A stretch of DNA of 64,000 nucleotides from Mobula hypostoma (taxonomy: Eukaryota): NCBI RefSeq assembly GCF_963921235.1, contig NC_086109.1, forward strand, positions 11,348,001 to 11,412,000, in the 5' to 3' direction. Of this stretch, positions 1 to 60,082 are shown in pieces. A program made the translations under genes and the position numbers. The notes under the pieces were generated by a model that was not told the DNA's origin, did no database searches, and saw only the letters and a list, made by a program, of their open reading frames with translations. Every line of letters starts with the position of its first letter. Position 1 is the stretch's first letter.

Positions 1-933
1 TGGCTAGGATTCAGACTGATGTCTGCAGTCTTGCTATTTGAAATAACCACTTCAATTATGTTTTGTATAGAGGCATTCAGTGACCTGCAATATTGAACCA
101 GAAACACATTAAAACATCACCGTGACAGTGGGAAATTTAAATAATCTTGAGTTTAAAAAAAACAAATCTATCAATGATGGAGAGCAAGATTAAAATATAC
201 ATCTATGGTTCACTTTTATCCTTCAGGGAAAGAAGTAAGTTGTCCTTCATATTTCTTCATATGTTACCCCAGACCCACGTTTGATTGAGTAAAATCGTCT
301 CTTACTTCAAGGGCAATTAGAAATTGTCAATAGACACTGACCTCAGTGAAGTCTGTATTTGATGAACAAATAATGAAAGTGAATTTCTTGTTTTAAAATA
401 GTTTGCTTGTGAAAGTAGACTTGGTATATATGTGAATGTGATTTCTGACACCCTTTTCTGGGTTGGTAGTGCTAACTCTGTCCGAAACCTGCGAGGAGCA
501 AGTTGTCAGAAGTAATTGCATTTCAGTATTAACCATAATAGAACTATTGAACTGAGGAGTGAATGAATGTCAGTTCGTCCATTTTATACAGTAAAGCTTT
601 GTGTATTACTGTCTGGAGATGAGTGTGGAGAGGAAGTGTTTCAGCTGCAGCACAGAAATAGGTCCTTCAATCCATCACATTCATGCAATCATTTTGTCCA
701 TCTGCTGAAATCCTACTTGGCCACATTAGGACCATTTCCTTCAATGCTTTGTTTATTTAAGTGTCTGCTTAAATGCCCCTTAAAAGGAATAATTGCACCT
801 GATTCCACAGCTTTCAGTTATCTACCACTCTGTCTTGGTGGTGGTAGAATAATTTGCAGAAGGATATGATTGAATACAGACAAATAAAGTTGGCATTGAT
901 GGGGCAGAAAGTTCAGCAGGACGTGAAGGATGG

Positions 934-1022
934 GACGATGTGGCCTAATGGATAAGGGGTCTAATTTTGGTGTTCAGTGGGAGGTTATCAGAAGATTGCA
1001 GGTTCAAGTCCTGTCACAGTCG
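934..1022 (+). pseudogene. Degenerate tRNA-Arg(TCG)-derived sequence with a 16-nt intron (971-986); anticodon now reads TTG
   Basis: TGGCCTAATGGATAAGG (A box), ATCAGAAGATTGCAGGTTCAAGTCCTG (B box) and 3' GTCG match vertebrate tRNA-Arg(TCG); mismatches in the acceptor and anticodon stems. Confidence 0.8.
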
Positions 1023-3354
1023 TAATGGATGACTGTGTTGTATCACTAAATAAAATAATTTTTTTTTAAAAGTGGAGGACAACGTAGGAAGGAAGAGTTA
1101 GATTGATCTTAGAGTAATTTAAATGGTCGACAAAACATTGTGGGCTGACGGACCTGTACTGTGCTGTAATAGTCATAGTCATACTTTATTGATCCCGGGG
1201 GAAATTGGTTTCTACACTTAAATTATGCTTTAACACTCCTCCTCACCTTAAGCATATGCCCTCTTGTTTTTGATACCTCTTGCATGAGGAGAATATCTTT
1301 GGCAATCAGCCCTATATTGCATCTTACATACTTTTGTCCCATTTCCAATCAGCCTCCTTTGTTCCAGGGTTAATAAGCTGCTCGATCCAATCTCTCCTCA
1401 TAACTAAATCCTCAGATCCGGGCAACATCCTGGTGAATCTCCTCTGCACTCCAGCGCAATCATATCCGAAAATGTAACAACAGGATTGATACAGCCTAAC
1501 CAGTATTTTGTAAAAATTGCATCATAATGTCCCAACTCAGATATTCTGTACTCTGACCTGTGAAGTCAAGCAAGCCATGTACCATCTTACAAATCAACTG
1601 CTGAAAACTGTGTGCACGGAGAGCATCTAATACATATAAGGTAGTCTGCCTTCCCATCATTTGCATATACCAGTGTTTGGTTTGGAACAAAACGGAACCT
1701 GGGGCCAGTGTAACAAGATGCCATGCATGTCCATCAGTGTGGTTGTGTGAAACACTCAGAATAAGGAAAAATTGCTCGCATAAGCACAGTATCCCAATAT
1801 TTGCTGGCGGGCTGGTCAAATACCTTCGCCTACCCCTGTTCTAACCTCCTAAATTAGGATTTCATTTAAAAACTGTTGGGTGGGGGGGTATATACACAGT
1901 TGTGTATATACTTGGTGCGAGTTACTAAGGATCGGGCCACCAGTTAAACATCTTTGACTTTGATGACTTTGATTAAAGTAATGTTTTATGAGAATAGATT
2001 AGAATTACCTCTTTGCAGTAAATCTGTACTGATGGGAACATGAATTCTAAGAGACGAAGTGACCATTCTGATGTTTGGTAACATTTTGATAATCTTCCTC
2101 ATGTTAAGATTATATTTAAAACTTCATGGTTTGTTTAGTCCAGATAATGGACAAATTGGTCATTGTAATCTGCCTTTTAACAACTGATTTGTGCATGTCT
2201 TGGAAATCTGAAATAAAACTAGAGAATGCCAGAAACACTACGGGTTATACAGGGTCTGTGGAAAGAGCAATGCTTAATATTTTGAGTTTGGAACCCTTCA
2301 TCTAAACTGGCTGTTACTACACTGAAAACAACTTTTGTCAGATCCATTGTTTTTCTACTTCCTTCTGCTCAATAATATTAAATTTCAAATCAAAGAGGCG
2401 TAGTTCTGCCAAGTTATTTCCAACAATGAGTGCTGGCCCACTAGACTTTTACCTGCTGTAAACTGCATTTCTACACCCCTCACTAGAGAAAGAAAGTTAC
2501 GCCAGTAAATCCAAATCTGTTCTCTCACATTTGACATAAAAACTAGATGAGTTTCCGTTATAGAAAGAAGGATTGAACATTAAATACTGGATGCTTCAGG
2601 TATCAGTATTCCAGACTTCAGATGTTTTTGCTGCCAAAGATTTTTGTAGTTTTCAATACACCTGCGATGGAGTCTCTGTTACCTGGAAAATGCAAGAGAC
2701 ACACATCCTGTGCAAGGCTGATTATTGAATTGTTACACTGCAGGCAATTGCTGTATAAGTAGAGACTAGTTAGTCTTATCCCTCTGCTTGTCTGTTGTAT
2801 TTTTGTAAGTAACTAATTCCATTTTGAACATCACAGTTGAAACTGCCTCCTTGACCTATGAATTGTGGATTGTAGCTACCTGTCCTGTAATTTTTTTTAA
2901 TTGGAATTTTTGCTGCTTATTCTAAATCTGCTTCCTCTTTGAACCTTCTGCTGTAAAAGCTTGCAGTTGCTGGGTTTATCCTTGACCATTTTATATTTGA
3001 AGAGTGGCCTGGCACTTGTGCTAGTCCAGGGCTCTGATGAACCAAATCCTCCACCCCATCCCCATTCCACAGCCAACACTTGCCCATAAGTAAACCTGGA
3101 TGTGTTGGCCATAATTTCAAATTTTTCAATTGTTGATTAGTTCATTGTCCATTCAATGATAGCAGAGGGGAAGAGATGACTGTTGGGTGCATATGATTGT
3201 TTCTTTGTGTGTTTTCACTGTGGAGAATGGTAATCAGACATTCATCATTCCTAGGCTGTCTTGTTAAGTTTGCAAGATGAGAAAGATGGTGAAGCATCTC
3301 CCTATCCCTATGTGTTTTTGCAATGACCTATATTTGTTGATTTGTTTACTTTTT

Positions 3355-3580
3355 TTAGAGATAGAGCATGACACAAAGAGCATGCACCACCCAATTATGC
3401 ATGTGACCAATTAACCTGCTAACCTGTACGTTTCTTTTGGAATGGAATTCCTGGAGGAAGCCCACGTGGTCATGGGGAGAATGTATAAACTCCTTACAGA
3501 CGGTGGTGGAATTGAACCCTGCTGGCTGATGCCATAATAGTGTTATGCAAACCACTATGCTACTCTGATGTCCCATCTTT
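3355..3580 (-). mobile_element. V-SINE (HE1-like) copy
   Basis: tRNA-like head (tagcatagtggtt...gggttcaattcc) plus gtaaggagttt...acgtgggcttcctcc V-domain on the minus strand. Confidence 0.65.
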
Positions 3581-3638
3581 TGCCTCAGCTGTCGCACTGA
3601 TTTTTCCTTTTATTTACATAAATGCATTTTTTTTGTAG

Positions 3639-50002
<46,364 letters not shown>

Positions 50003-51165
50003 GTGGACCAGAATTCAAATGATTGAAATCAGGATCAAGTTGTCCAAAGCCTCAGTAGAAGAATGCAGAGTAGGAGCCAGCCCAGATGTTTAAATGCTCC
50101 CTAAATGTATTTGAAGAGCCTTTCTGCACATCTGGGCATCATTTCTTTAACAGCCTGGTCTTTTGCTTGTATTTTCCTTTCTATTCTAATTTTAAATGTG
50201 TTTTGATTTCTAATTTACTGCCGAGAGATACAACTGTCTTACCACGTTGTGACAGACTGTCTCCATGAAATCACTTGAACTTGTATATGATTGTACTGTA
50301 ATAATTTAAAAAATATCTTTGTTTGCTCTGTATCTTATTAGTTTTAATCCACAACTTGAGCTTAAAGCTCAGTTTGATCTTTTCCAGAGGATGTTCTTGT
50401 TTTTACTATGTTTTTAAAAATCTGTTCATGGTGGCCATTGAATCCTATTGATGATTGCCAGCATAGTTGAACGATACTCATGTGTTCTCCGGAACCAGCG
50501 CTGACTGTAATAAATGATGAGCATCAAGTTTTAAACCCGATTCAGTCCTAAAGCAGCTGTAAATATCACCGTGTTACCAAAACAAAATGTTTTGTTGGAA
50601 AGTTTCAGTTTGCTTCCCTTTCTCCATGTAGTGCTACCCTTGTCTGCTTTAATATATTGGCACCATTAAATACTACACTTCAGATTGTGAATCATTACCT
50701 ATCAGGTGAGGAAAATTAAAGCTTGCATCTGTTGACTCAATTGGGAAAATAATTTTGAAGCGTTACTATTCTAATTCTGGTCAGTTATATTTTGACAAAA
50801 TCAAACTAGAATAAGATTTGTGCCATATGGAGTTTGTGGCCTCTGGATGAGTCCTGATGGCTTCCTGTTCCACAAACACACACAACATTTCAGTGATTAT
50901 GTACCGCTTGTGATGGAGTTTATATATATATAAAAAAAATCTTGGTGCATTTGCAGGACCATTAGCCAAGCACTAGATTCTTGTGGTAACCTCTAAATAC
51001 TGTGGGTTTTATGTGTTTGAGCCTGAGGTTGTATATCCAACAGTGGGACCAGAAAGTACTTTCACTTTTCACTCCAGTTACATAAAAATATCTATATTTT
51101 AAAAGAATAATAAAGAATTTAAAGATCATTATATAAACATGAAAAATGTTTTAAATCAAAAATGC
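50003..51165 (+). other. Probable AHCYL1 3'UTR with candidate polyadenylation signals
   Basis: AT-rich stretch with no recognised repeats after the stop; AATAAA at 50509-50514 and 51109-51114, the latter followed by a GU-rich tract (tgttgtcttgtgtgg). The 3' end is approximate. Confidence 0.6.
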
Positions 51166-51604
51166 CTCTGTTGTCTTGTGTGGCTTTGCTTGGATGAGAG
51201 TGATCATGGTCTACAATGCTGCAAATTTTTATGGATGCATGAGAAAGAAACCTTCACACCCGTAACTCTTGTTCATTTAGTTAAGTTTAATTATAGAATA
51301 TGGAGGGAGGATTGTCTCGGAAATGTAAGGATTGTGCTGTTAGTTTTGGTACATCACTAAGCGTAACATTTATTATAGTGTAAATGTCAGAATGAGCTAT
51401 TTGTGAAGAGAGAAAGTGTTAATGTTTAAGTCTGATGTTTCAGTACAGCTAGGAAAAGTTGCAGAGAAAGAGAGGAGGACAGAATGAACGATAGGGAAGG
51501 TTTGTGATGAGATGAAGATCAGATTGAATGCTGCAGTCGTGGTGATGCTCACTGAAAGGGCTGATGAACAGGAAATGCAGGGCAGGTAGGAATTGTTCGT
51601 TCAC

Positions 51605-51940
51605 TTTGGGCTGTGGGCGATCACCGTCCTTCCACGATCATGATTGCTCTTTGGCAAATGTTTCTACAGAAGTGTTTTGCTATTGCCTCCTGGGCTGTGT
51701 CTTTACAAGACCGGTGACCCCAGCTATTACTAATACTCCAGAATTGTCTGCCTGGTGTCAGTGGTGGCATAACCAGGACTTGTGATGTACACCAGCTACT
51801 CATATGACCACCCGTCACCTGCTCCCATGGCTTCATGTGACCCTAATCAGGGCCAGTTGGGGGCGGGGTGGTTGGCTAAGCAGGTGCTACACCTTGCCCA
51901 AGGGTGACCTACAGGCTAGCGGAGGGAAGGAGCACCTTAC
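51605..51940 (-). mobile_element. RTE-related short element (second copy of the 29309 family)
   Basis: ctccttccctccgctagcctgtaggtcacccttgggcaaggtgtagcacctgc on the minus strand. Confidence 0.7.
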
Positions 51941-53948
51941 AATCTCTGACACCCTTACTAATCAAGAATCTATCAATCTCCACTTTAAATATACCCTATC
52001 ACTTAGACTCTACTGCTGTCTGTGAACTCCAAAGATTCACCAGCCTCTGGCGAAAGAAATTCCTCATCACCTTTGTTCTAAAGGGACATCCTTGTATTCT
52101 GAGGCTGTGCCTACCATCCTCTGTTGACCCTTCTGACATAATGCTCTTTGTTTTGGACTTGAGCCTGTCACAACCAGATATTGCTTCCTGTTTCATACAA
52201 ATAAATACCCACATGACAATCTACCAGCTAGCAATCAAACTCAGATCAATTATAAATTGATGTATGATGTTTGGTCACTGCTAATGCAATCAAAGTCATG
52301 TGGTTAAATAATTATATATACTAATTAATGTTAATACATAAGCAGAGAAGATTTAGTTGTAAGTTAATATTTTCAAGCTTTCATGAAGGCCAGAAGTTCA
52401 CTTAAGTGGGTGTTTTACATTTACGTGATTTATTTACATTTACAATTAGTGATAATCAGCATGATTAGCTACTGTTTATATTATTTGATAATGTAAGGTC
52501 TGTATATTAACTCCTGAATGTGGCAATTTGTGTGTTAAAGTCACAATATTAAAGAGGCCTCAAGCTGTGGATTTTGTAAGCATACCAAAAACAAAGCAAA
52601 ACTGCCTTCCTGTTGACCATACTTGCAGGCTACTAATTCTCAAAAGCTGTATATTCTTTGCTTATGAAATCATTGTTCTCAGGGTAGTTCTTTAAATGTG
52701 ACTAGAAATGATCAAATAGATATATTAATCTGAGTAAAATGTTTAAAATTGCAACAGCCATCGAGTACAGAGCAGAGACAAGCCCATTAACCCAACCTGT
52801 CCATGCCTCCCCAGATGTCCATTTGAGCTTGTCATATTTGCCTGTGTTTGGCTCATATCTCTCAGCCCTTTTATATCCATGTACTTGAATAAATGTCTTT
52901 TAAACCTGCCTCTACAGCTTCTGACAGCTTGTTCCACATGCCCACCATTCACTGTAAGATATAGGAGCAGAAGTAGGCCATTCGGCCCATTGAGTTTGCT
53001 CTGCCATTCAGTCATGGGCTGATCCAATTCTTTCAGTCATCCCCACCCCCCTGCCTTCTGTCCATATCCTTTGAAGCCCTAGCTAATCAAGAACCTATCT
53101 ATGTCTGTCTTAAATGACTTGGCCTCCACAGTCACTCGTGGGAACAAATTCCACAGACTTACCACCCTCTGACTAACGGTCGCTGCTCTTAAATCTTTCT
53201 CCTTTCCCCTTAAATCCATGCAGTCTAGTTTCAGACTGTCCTACCCTGACAAAAAGACCATTACTGTCTACTTTGTCTGCACCCCTCATGATTTTGTATA
53301 GCTCAATAAAAGGCATAATTTATAACCTATGCAGGAAGTTGAGTTGAATGTCTGTCTTAGATATATGTAATTATTTTTAAGGTTCATTGTATTATTCTTT
53401 CCTGGGTTATATTATTCACCCATTACACAGGTAAATGCAAAGTAAACATTCAAAGTAATCAGAAGTACATTAGTTCTGATGAACGTTATAACCTTTTATA
53501 ACTTTATTGCATTTTTAACTTCCGCTTTCCATTAGAAAAGGCAACATTAAAATAAGCGCTGAAGTCTGAAGAAATCAATTATCTAATTTTCAAATTAGCT
53601 GAAGTTAATTAAAGCCCAAGGGTTAATTTACCAAGTGTCCACTTAACTTTTTAAAAACTTTTATGTGCCACTTTTAAAAAAATCAGACCAGATTCAGCTA
53701 CCACAGCTATTGTGGTTAACAAACCACTACTTAACATTAATCTCTCTTTGAAGCCAGTATCTGGTTAAGCTATTGATATTGGTTTTACACATGGTAAAAC
53801 AACTGCAGAGAAAGGGAACTACTGATTTAACCACTGTGGTTGCCGCAAACCACAATGTGCAAATAAACCCCCAGCGACACTTACTACATTTGCAGTAGTC
53901 AGCTTTTGTACTCAGCTGGAACTTGAAACACACATTTTTATAGGAATA

Positions 53949-54824
53949 CTAGACAACGGGGTGACCCGTTACGGCACCCTTTGAGAGAAAGGGAGTGCAG
54001 TCTGATGTGATGTGCTTTGGAAATTAAAGAAAAACCCAGTTTATTAAAGAAGAAAGATGCGTAGCAAGACATATAGCTCCTCCTCGTTTAATGAAGGACA
54101 CTTTTGATGACAGCATTGCTGGTTGATCTGCCACCCTTCAAGAATACTCTAACATTTTCATTTCTTTCTCCCCGGTTTAAAGCCACATACAGCTGATCAT
54201 GCTGGAGTACGGTTTCTCCAGATAAATCAATGCATTCCCCATGGTTTGGCCTTGCACCTTATGTATAGTCATAGCATAAGAATGACTGTATCGGAAACCC
54301 GCTCTGCTGAAGAGGGACATCTTCCTCTTCTGATAAATTGAGAGTAATTCCTGGGATCATGACAATGTCATTTTTGAATGCACCAATGTTTATCTTTGCT
54401 ACAATAGAATTGTCATGCAGTTCTTCCACCATCATTCGCATTCCATTGCAAAGCCTCGGTGGATCCAAGTTCCTCATTGAAATGATGGCAGATCGCCTTT
54501 TCAATTCGAGTTTATGTGGTGGCAATCCAGAGAGTTCGACCGAATCAAGGAATTCCATCGGGAGGTGCTGCTGAGGCTGGCTGTGCGCATGTGTCATGGT
54601 GTCGCGTCGCCGTTTCCAAGCTGGAATCGGCTCGGGTTGTGGAGAGCAGGGCCTGTTGATTGACGAAGTGAGCAATTTTATACGAATATATAACCCTGAA
54701 CTTTGTATTCTGTAAGTTAGCGCATTTTAAGTCAATTTAATCAAAAAAAAAGTGCCGCTGTAATGCACCGTTTGGGCTAATTGGAGGTCACAAACAGAGC
54801 ATGAGAATTTTAGTAGTATATAGA
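53949..54824 (-). mobile_element. Complete non-autonomous Helitron with a PIF1-helicase remnant
   Basis: 5' TCTATATACTACTAAAA, 3' hairpin AACGGG-tcac-CCCGTT then CTAG, inserted between host A and T, no TSD; EFLDSVELSGLPPHKLELK...MRNLDPPRLCNG, AMTIHKVQGQT, QLYVAL. Confidence 0.93.
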
Positions 54825-55262
54825 TGTGTCTCTCGCAAATTTCAGCTGTCATATAAAGTCAAAGTAAATTTAATATCAAAGTATGTCTATGTTACCATAC
54901 ACTACCTTGAGATTCATTTTGTTGCAAACAGGAAAATAAAGAAGTACAATTGAATTTATAAAAAAGCTATATATAAACACTGATAAACAATCAAAGTGCA
55001 AAAGAAGACAAATGTGTAAATAAAAAATAACTACAGAGAACATGAATTGTAGAGTTGATTTGGTAGGTTGTGGGCTCAGTTCAGAGTTGTGAATGACATT
55101 GTCCATGCTGGTTCAGGAGCCTGATGGCCGAACGGTAATCACTGTTCTTGAACATGATGCAGGACTGCATAGAAATAGGTCCTTTGGCCCATCTAGTCAA
55201 TCCTGACCAAGTAGCATACCTCAGCTGGTCCCATCTGCTCAAATTCGGGCAGCCCAGTCAAC

Positions 55263-57980
55263 AGTGGGAGCAGGCCACAGCCACGAAGTTCCCTGCAGGT
55301 CGGCGACACTTGTTTAAAAGTATAGAAGGGACAAACGGGCGGCCGTTGTTGAGAGTAGGCTGGTGGTGACGGTAGGAGTGTCAGGTTTTGACTCAAAGGA
55401 GGCTTCTGCTCAAAAGAGGCATTGGCTGTGGGTAAGCTTCTGTTAAGTTCTCTTTTTTCCCTCTCTCTTATTGTACCTAATGTAGTAAATGGCTGTTGTG
55501 TTTTTCATGCTGGATGTTGGATGCTGGGTCTCCCAGGGAACCACATCTGCATGATGCATCCAGCTGCAGCTCCTTGAAGTCCGTGTTCGAGATCTCAGTA
55601 TGCACGTTGATTGGGAAAATCAAGTTGATAATGGATCTCAAGAGATCTCAATTGCTATGAGATGGCTTTTAGAGCAGTTTGTCGTTAAGCCCACTAGGCA
55701 ATTAGCGATACTGGAGGTGATTATGGACTTAAGGTAAAAGAACCCCAAGGAGGCAGTGATCACAATATGATTGAGTTCAACTTGAAATTTGATAGGGAGA
55801 AAGTAAAGTCTGATTTAGCAGTATTCCAGTGGAGTAAAGAAATTTACAATGGTATGAGAGAGGAGTTGGCCAAAGTAAATTGGAAGGAGCTGCGAGCAGG
55901 GATGACAGCAGAGCAGCAATGGTGTGAGTTTCTGGGAAAAAATGAGGAAGGTACAAGAGAAATGTACTCAAATGGCAAAATAGTATAACCATGGCTGACA
56001 AGGGAAGTCAAAGCTGATATAAAAACAGAAGAAAGGGCATACAACAAAGCAAAAATTAGCGGGAAGATAGAAGATTGGCAAACTTTTAAAAACCTACAGA
56101 GAGCAACTAAAAGAATCATTAGGAGGGAAAAGATGAAATATGAAAGCAAGCTAGCAAACAATATTGAAGTGGATAGTAAAAGCTTTTTCAAGTATGTAAA
56201 AAAAAATAAGAGAGATAAGAGTGGATAATAGGACCTCTAGAAAATGAGGCCGGAGAAATAATACTGGGGAACAAGGGGATGGCAGATGTGCTAGATAAGT
56301 ATTTTGCATCAGTCTTCACTGTGGAAGACACTAGCAGTGTGCCAGATATTGAAGGGTGCAAGGGAAGAGAAGTGAGTGCAGTTACTCTTACAAGGGAGAA
56401 GATGCTCAAAAAGCTGAAAGACCTAAAGGTGCATAAGTCACCTGGACCAGATGAACTGCATGCTAGGGTTCTGAATGTGGTAGCGGTAGAGATTGTGGAA
56501 GCATTAGTAAAAATCTTTCAAAAATCATTGGACTCTGGCATAGTGCCAGACGACTGGAAAATTGCAAATGTCATTCCACTCTTCAAAAAGGAGGATGTAG
56601 CAGAAAGGAAATTACAGCCCAGTTAGCCTGACCTCAGTGATTGGGAAGATGTTGAAGTCAATTGTTAAGGATGAGGTTGTGGAGTACTTGGTGACACAGG
56701 ACAAGATAGGACAAAGTTAGCATGGTTTCCTTAAGGGGACATCTTGCCTGACAAATCTGTTGGAATTCTTTGAGGAGATTACAAGTAGGATGGATAAAGG
56801 GGATGCAATGGATGCTGTATATTTGGACTTTCAGAAGACCTTTGATAAGGTGCCACACATGAGGCTGCTTACCATGTTAAGAGGCCATGGTATTACAGGA
56901 AAGTTACTGGCATGGTTAGAGCATTGGCTGATCAGTAGGAGGCAGCGAGTGGGAATAAAAGGATCCTTTTCTGGTTGGATGCCTGAGACTAGTGTGTTCC
57001 ACAGGGGTCGTCAGTGTTGGGACTGTTTCCTTTTAAGCTGTATATCAATGATTTAGATGATGGAATTGGTGGCTTTGTTGCCAAGTTGCAGATGATACGA
57101 AGATTGGTGGAGGGGCAGGAAGTGTTGAGGAAGCAGGTAGGCTGTAGGAGGACTTAGACAGATTAGCGGAATGGGCAAGAAAGTAGCAAATGAAATACAG
57201 TGTTGGAAAATACATAGTCATGCACTTTGGTAGAAGAAATAAATACAGACTATTTTCTAACTGGGGAGAAAATCCAAAAATCTGAGCCGCAAAGGGACTA
57301 GGGAGCCCTTGTGCAGGACAAGCTGAAGGTTAACTTGCAGGTGGAGTCAGTGGGGAGTAAGGCAAATTTCAAGAGGTTTACAATACAAGAGCAGAGATGA
57401 GATGCTGAGGCATTATAAGGCACTGGTGAGGTCTTACCTTGAGTATTGTGAATAGTTCTGGGCTCCTTATCTAAGTAAAGATGTGCTGTCATTGGAGGGG
57501 GTTCAGCAGAGGTTCTCAAGGATGATTCCAGGAATGAAAGGGTTATCATACGAGGAGCGTTTGATGACTCTGGGTCTGTACTCACTGGAATTTAGAAGGA
57601 TAAGGAGGGATCTCACTGAGACATTTCAAATGTTGAAAGGCCTAGACAGAGTAGATGTGGAAAGGATGTTTTCCATGGTGGGGGAGTCTAGGATAAGAGG
57701 GCACAGCCTCAAGATAGAGGGGCATCCATTTAAAGCAGGGATGCAGAGAAATTTCTTTAGCTAGAGAATGTTGAATTTGTGGAATTTATTACCACAGACA
57801 GCTGTGACGGCCAGGTTGTTGGGTGTATTTAAGGCACAACTTGATAGGTTCTTGATCTGACATGGCACCAAAGGTTATGGGGAGAAGGCTGGGGAGTGGG
57901 ACTGACGAGGGGGGAAAAAGGATCAGCCCATCACCTGATGGGCTAAATGGCCCAATTTTACTCCTATGTCTTATGGTCTA
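55263..57980 (+). mobile_element. CR1 LINE spanning the 5'UTR to the 3' tail, with internal deletions and many disablements
   Basis: Endonuclease end (GGSDHNMIEF), YFASVFTVED, KSPGPDELH, YLDFQKTFDKVPH, RLMTLGLYSLEFRR; tail cctatgtcttatggtct. Confidence 0.9.
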
Positions 57981-58574
57981 ATGGAATTTGGCCATGTCCC
58001 TCTGAAGCTTTCCTATCCATAGACCTGTCAAAATATCTTTAAAACATTTTAATAGTTTCTTCCTCTACCATTTCCTTTGGCAGTTCATTTCACATATGCA
58101 TCACCCTGGAAAAAGATGCCCCTCAAGTCCCCATTAAATTTCTCTCCTTACCTTAAAATCTTTGCCTCTAGTTTTAAACTCCTCTTCACAGGGAAAATGG
58201 ACTGTGACCATTTCATAAGACATAGGAGCAGAATACTTCCCCATTTCATCATGGCCGGTCCATTTCCCTCCCAACCCCATTCTGCCTTCTCTCCGTAGCC
58301 TTTCACACCCAGACTACTGAAGAACCTACCAGCCTCTGCCTTAAATGCATCCAGTGACCTGGCTTCCACAATCACCTGTGACAATAAATTCCACAGATTC
58401 ACCACCCTCTAGTTCTAAATTGATGTCCCTCTATTTTGAGGTTGTGCCCTCTGGTCCTAGACTCCCCAGCAACTGAAGCATCCCTTCCACATCCACTCTA
58501 TCCGGGCCTTTCCCTTTATCTAGGCTCTAGTGATATACATGAGGTCAAACCTCAGCCTCCTTCAGAGCAGGTTA

Positions 58575-58885
58575 GGATAGCGGTTGGCTTGCCACTTTAC
58601 AACATCGACTGCAAGACTGGGGTTCAATTCCCACAGCTGTCTGCAAGGAGTTTGTATGCTCTCCACGTGACCACATAGGTTTCCTTTGGAAGCTCCAGTT
58701 GCCTCCCACGTCTCAAAGACCAAGTGCTAGTGAGTTGTGGGCATGATATGTTGGCTCAGGAAGCATAGCGGTGCTTGTGAGCTGTCCAGCATAATCCTTG
58801 CTGATCTGTTTGAACGCAATGTATTTCACTATATGTTTCAATGGACATGTGACAAATAAAGCTAATATTTATTTATTTATTTTTA
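58575..58885 (+). mobile_element. V-SINE (HE1-like) copy
   Basis: ggggttcaattcc B box, gcaaggagtttgtatgctctcc..., tail gtgacaaataaagctaat. Confidence 0.7.
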
Positions 58886-59231
58886 AAAAAGTCCCAGTCT
58901 GTCCAGCTCTCCTTATAACTTGTGCCCTTCAAACAGAGAATCATCTTTACTGCATCCTTATTACTCAGAACATTGAGGTAGTAAGTCAGCAAGTTTATCA
59001 ACTTTCAAAACCCTCCCAATATTGTGATTCAGCTGCAACATGTTTTTTCGCCACATTGCCTATCAGTCTGTGCACATTGTATGACCATGCATTACAATGA
59101 AGTCACCCATTTCAGAATTGAACTGTTCCCACCAAGTAAAAATACTAATGATTATTGTTTCCAATTCATTTCAAGGTTGTTTAATGTCACTTTCCACAGG
59201 GGTAAAGAGAATGAAATAGTTGTTACTGACT

Positions 59232-60082
59232 GAGTAGTGTAATAACAACAATAATCTCTCACTCGATGTCAGTAAGACCAAGGAACTGATTGTAGACCAG
59301 GAGAGGGAAACCAGAGATCCAGGAGCCAGTCCTCATCGGAGGATCGGGGTGGAGAGGGTCGGAAAATTTAAATTCCTGGGTGTCACAATCTCAGAGGACC
59401 TGTCCTGGATTCATCATATAAGTATAATTGCAGAGAAAACACGACAATGCCTCTGCTTCCTCAGGAGTCTGTGGAGATTCAGTATGTCATCAAAAACCTT
59501 GGCAAACTTCTATAGATGTATGGTGGACAGTGTGCTGACTGGCTGCATTGTGGCCTGGTATGGGAACACCAGTGCCTTTGAATAGAAAATCCTATGAAAG
59601 ATGGTGGATTCGGCCCAGTACATTACGGGTAAAACCCTCCCAACCATTGAGCACATCTACATGAAACATTGCTGTAGAAAAGCAACACCCATCATCAAAG
59701 ATCCTCACCACCCAGACCATGCCCTTTTCTTGCTGTTACCATCAGGTAGAAGGTACAGATGCCTCAGGACTCACACTACCAGTTTCAAAAACAGTTACTA
59801 CCCCTCAACCATCAGGCTCTTGAGCAAAAGGGGATAACTACACTCATTCTACTTCTGGTGTTTCCACAATCAATGGTCTCACTTTAAGGACTCTTTATCT
59901 TGTTATTTCATGCTCTCGTTATTTATTGCTAATCTATTTATATTTGCATTTGCACAGTTTGTTGTCGATTGATCCTGTTTACAGATACTGTTCTATAGAT
60001 TTGCTAAGTATGCCCACAGAAAGAGAATTGCAGCATTGCATGTGGTGACGTGTGTAATCTGATAATACATTTTTACTTTGAA
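59232..60082 (+). mobile_element. Rex1/Babar LINE 3' fragment
   Basis: KTKELIVD, VERVGKFKFLGVTISEDLSW, NFYRC, LLPSGRRYRCLR...SYYPSTIRLL. Confidence 0.9.

Noticed and set aside
567..3129. Short ORFs upstream of exon 2
   Set aside because: No recognisable protein similarity; they overlap decayed CR1 fragments in intron 1.
50447..50504. C/D-box snoRNA-like pattern (TGATGA...CTGA) in the 3'UTR
   Set aside because: Exonic location, no terminal stem and no convincing antisense guide. Similar box pairs near 8595 and 41377 are equally unsupported.
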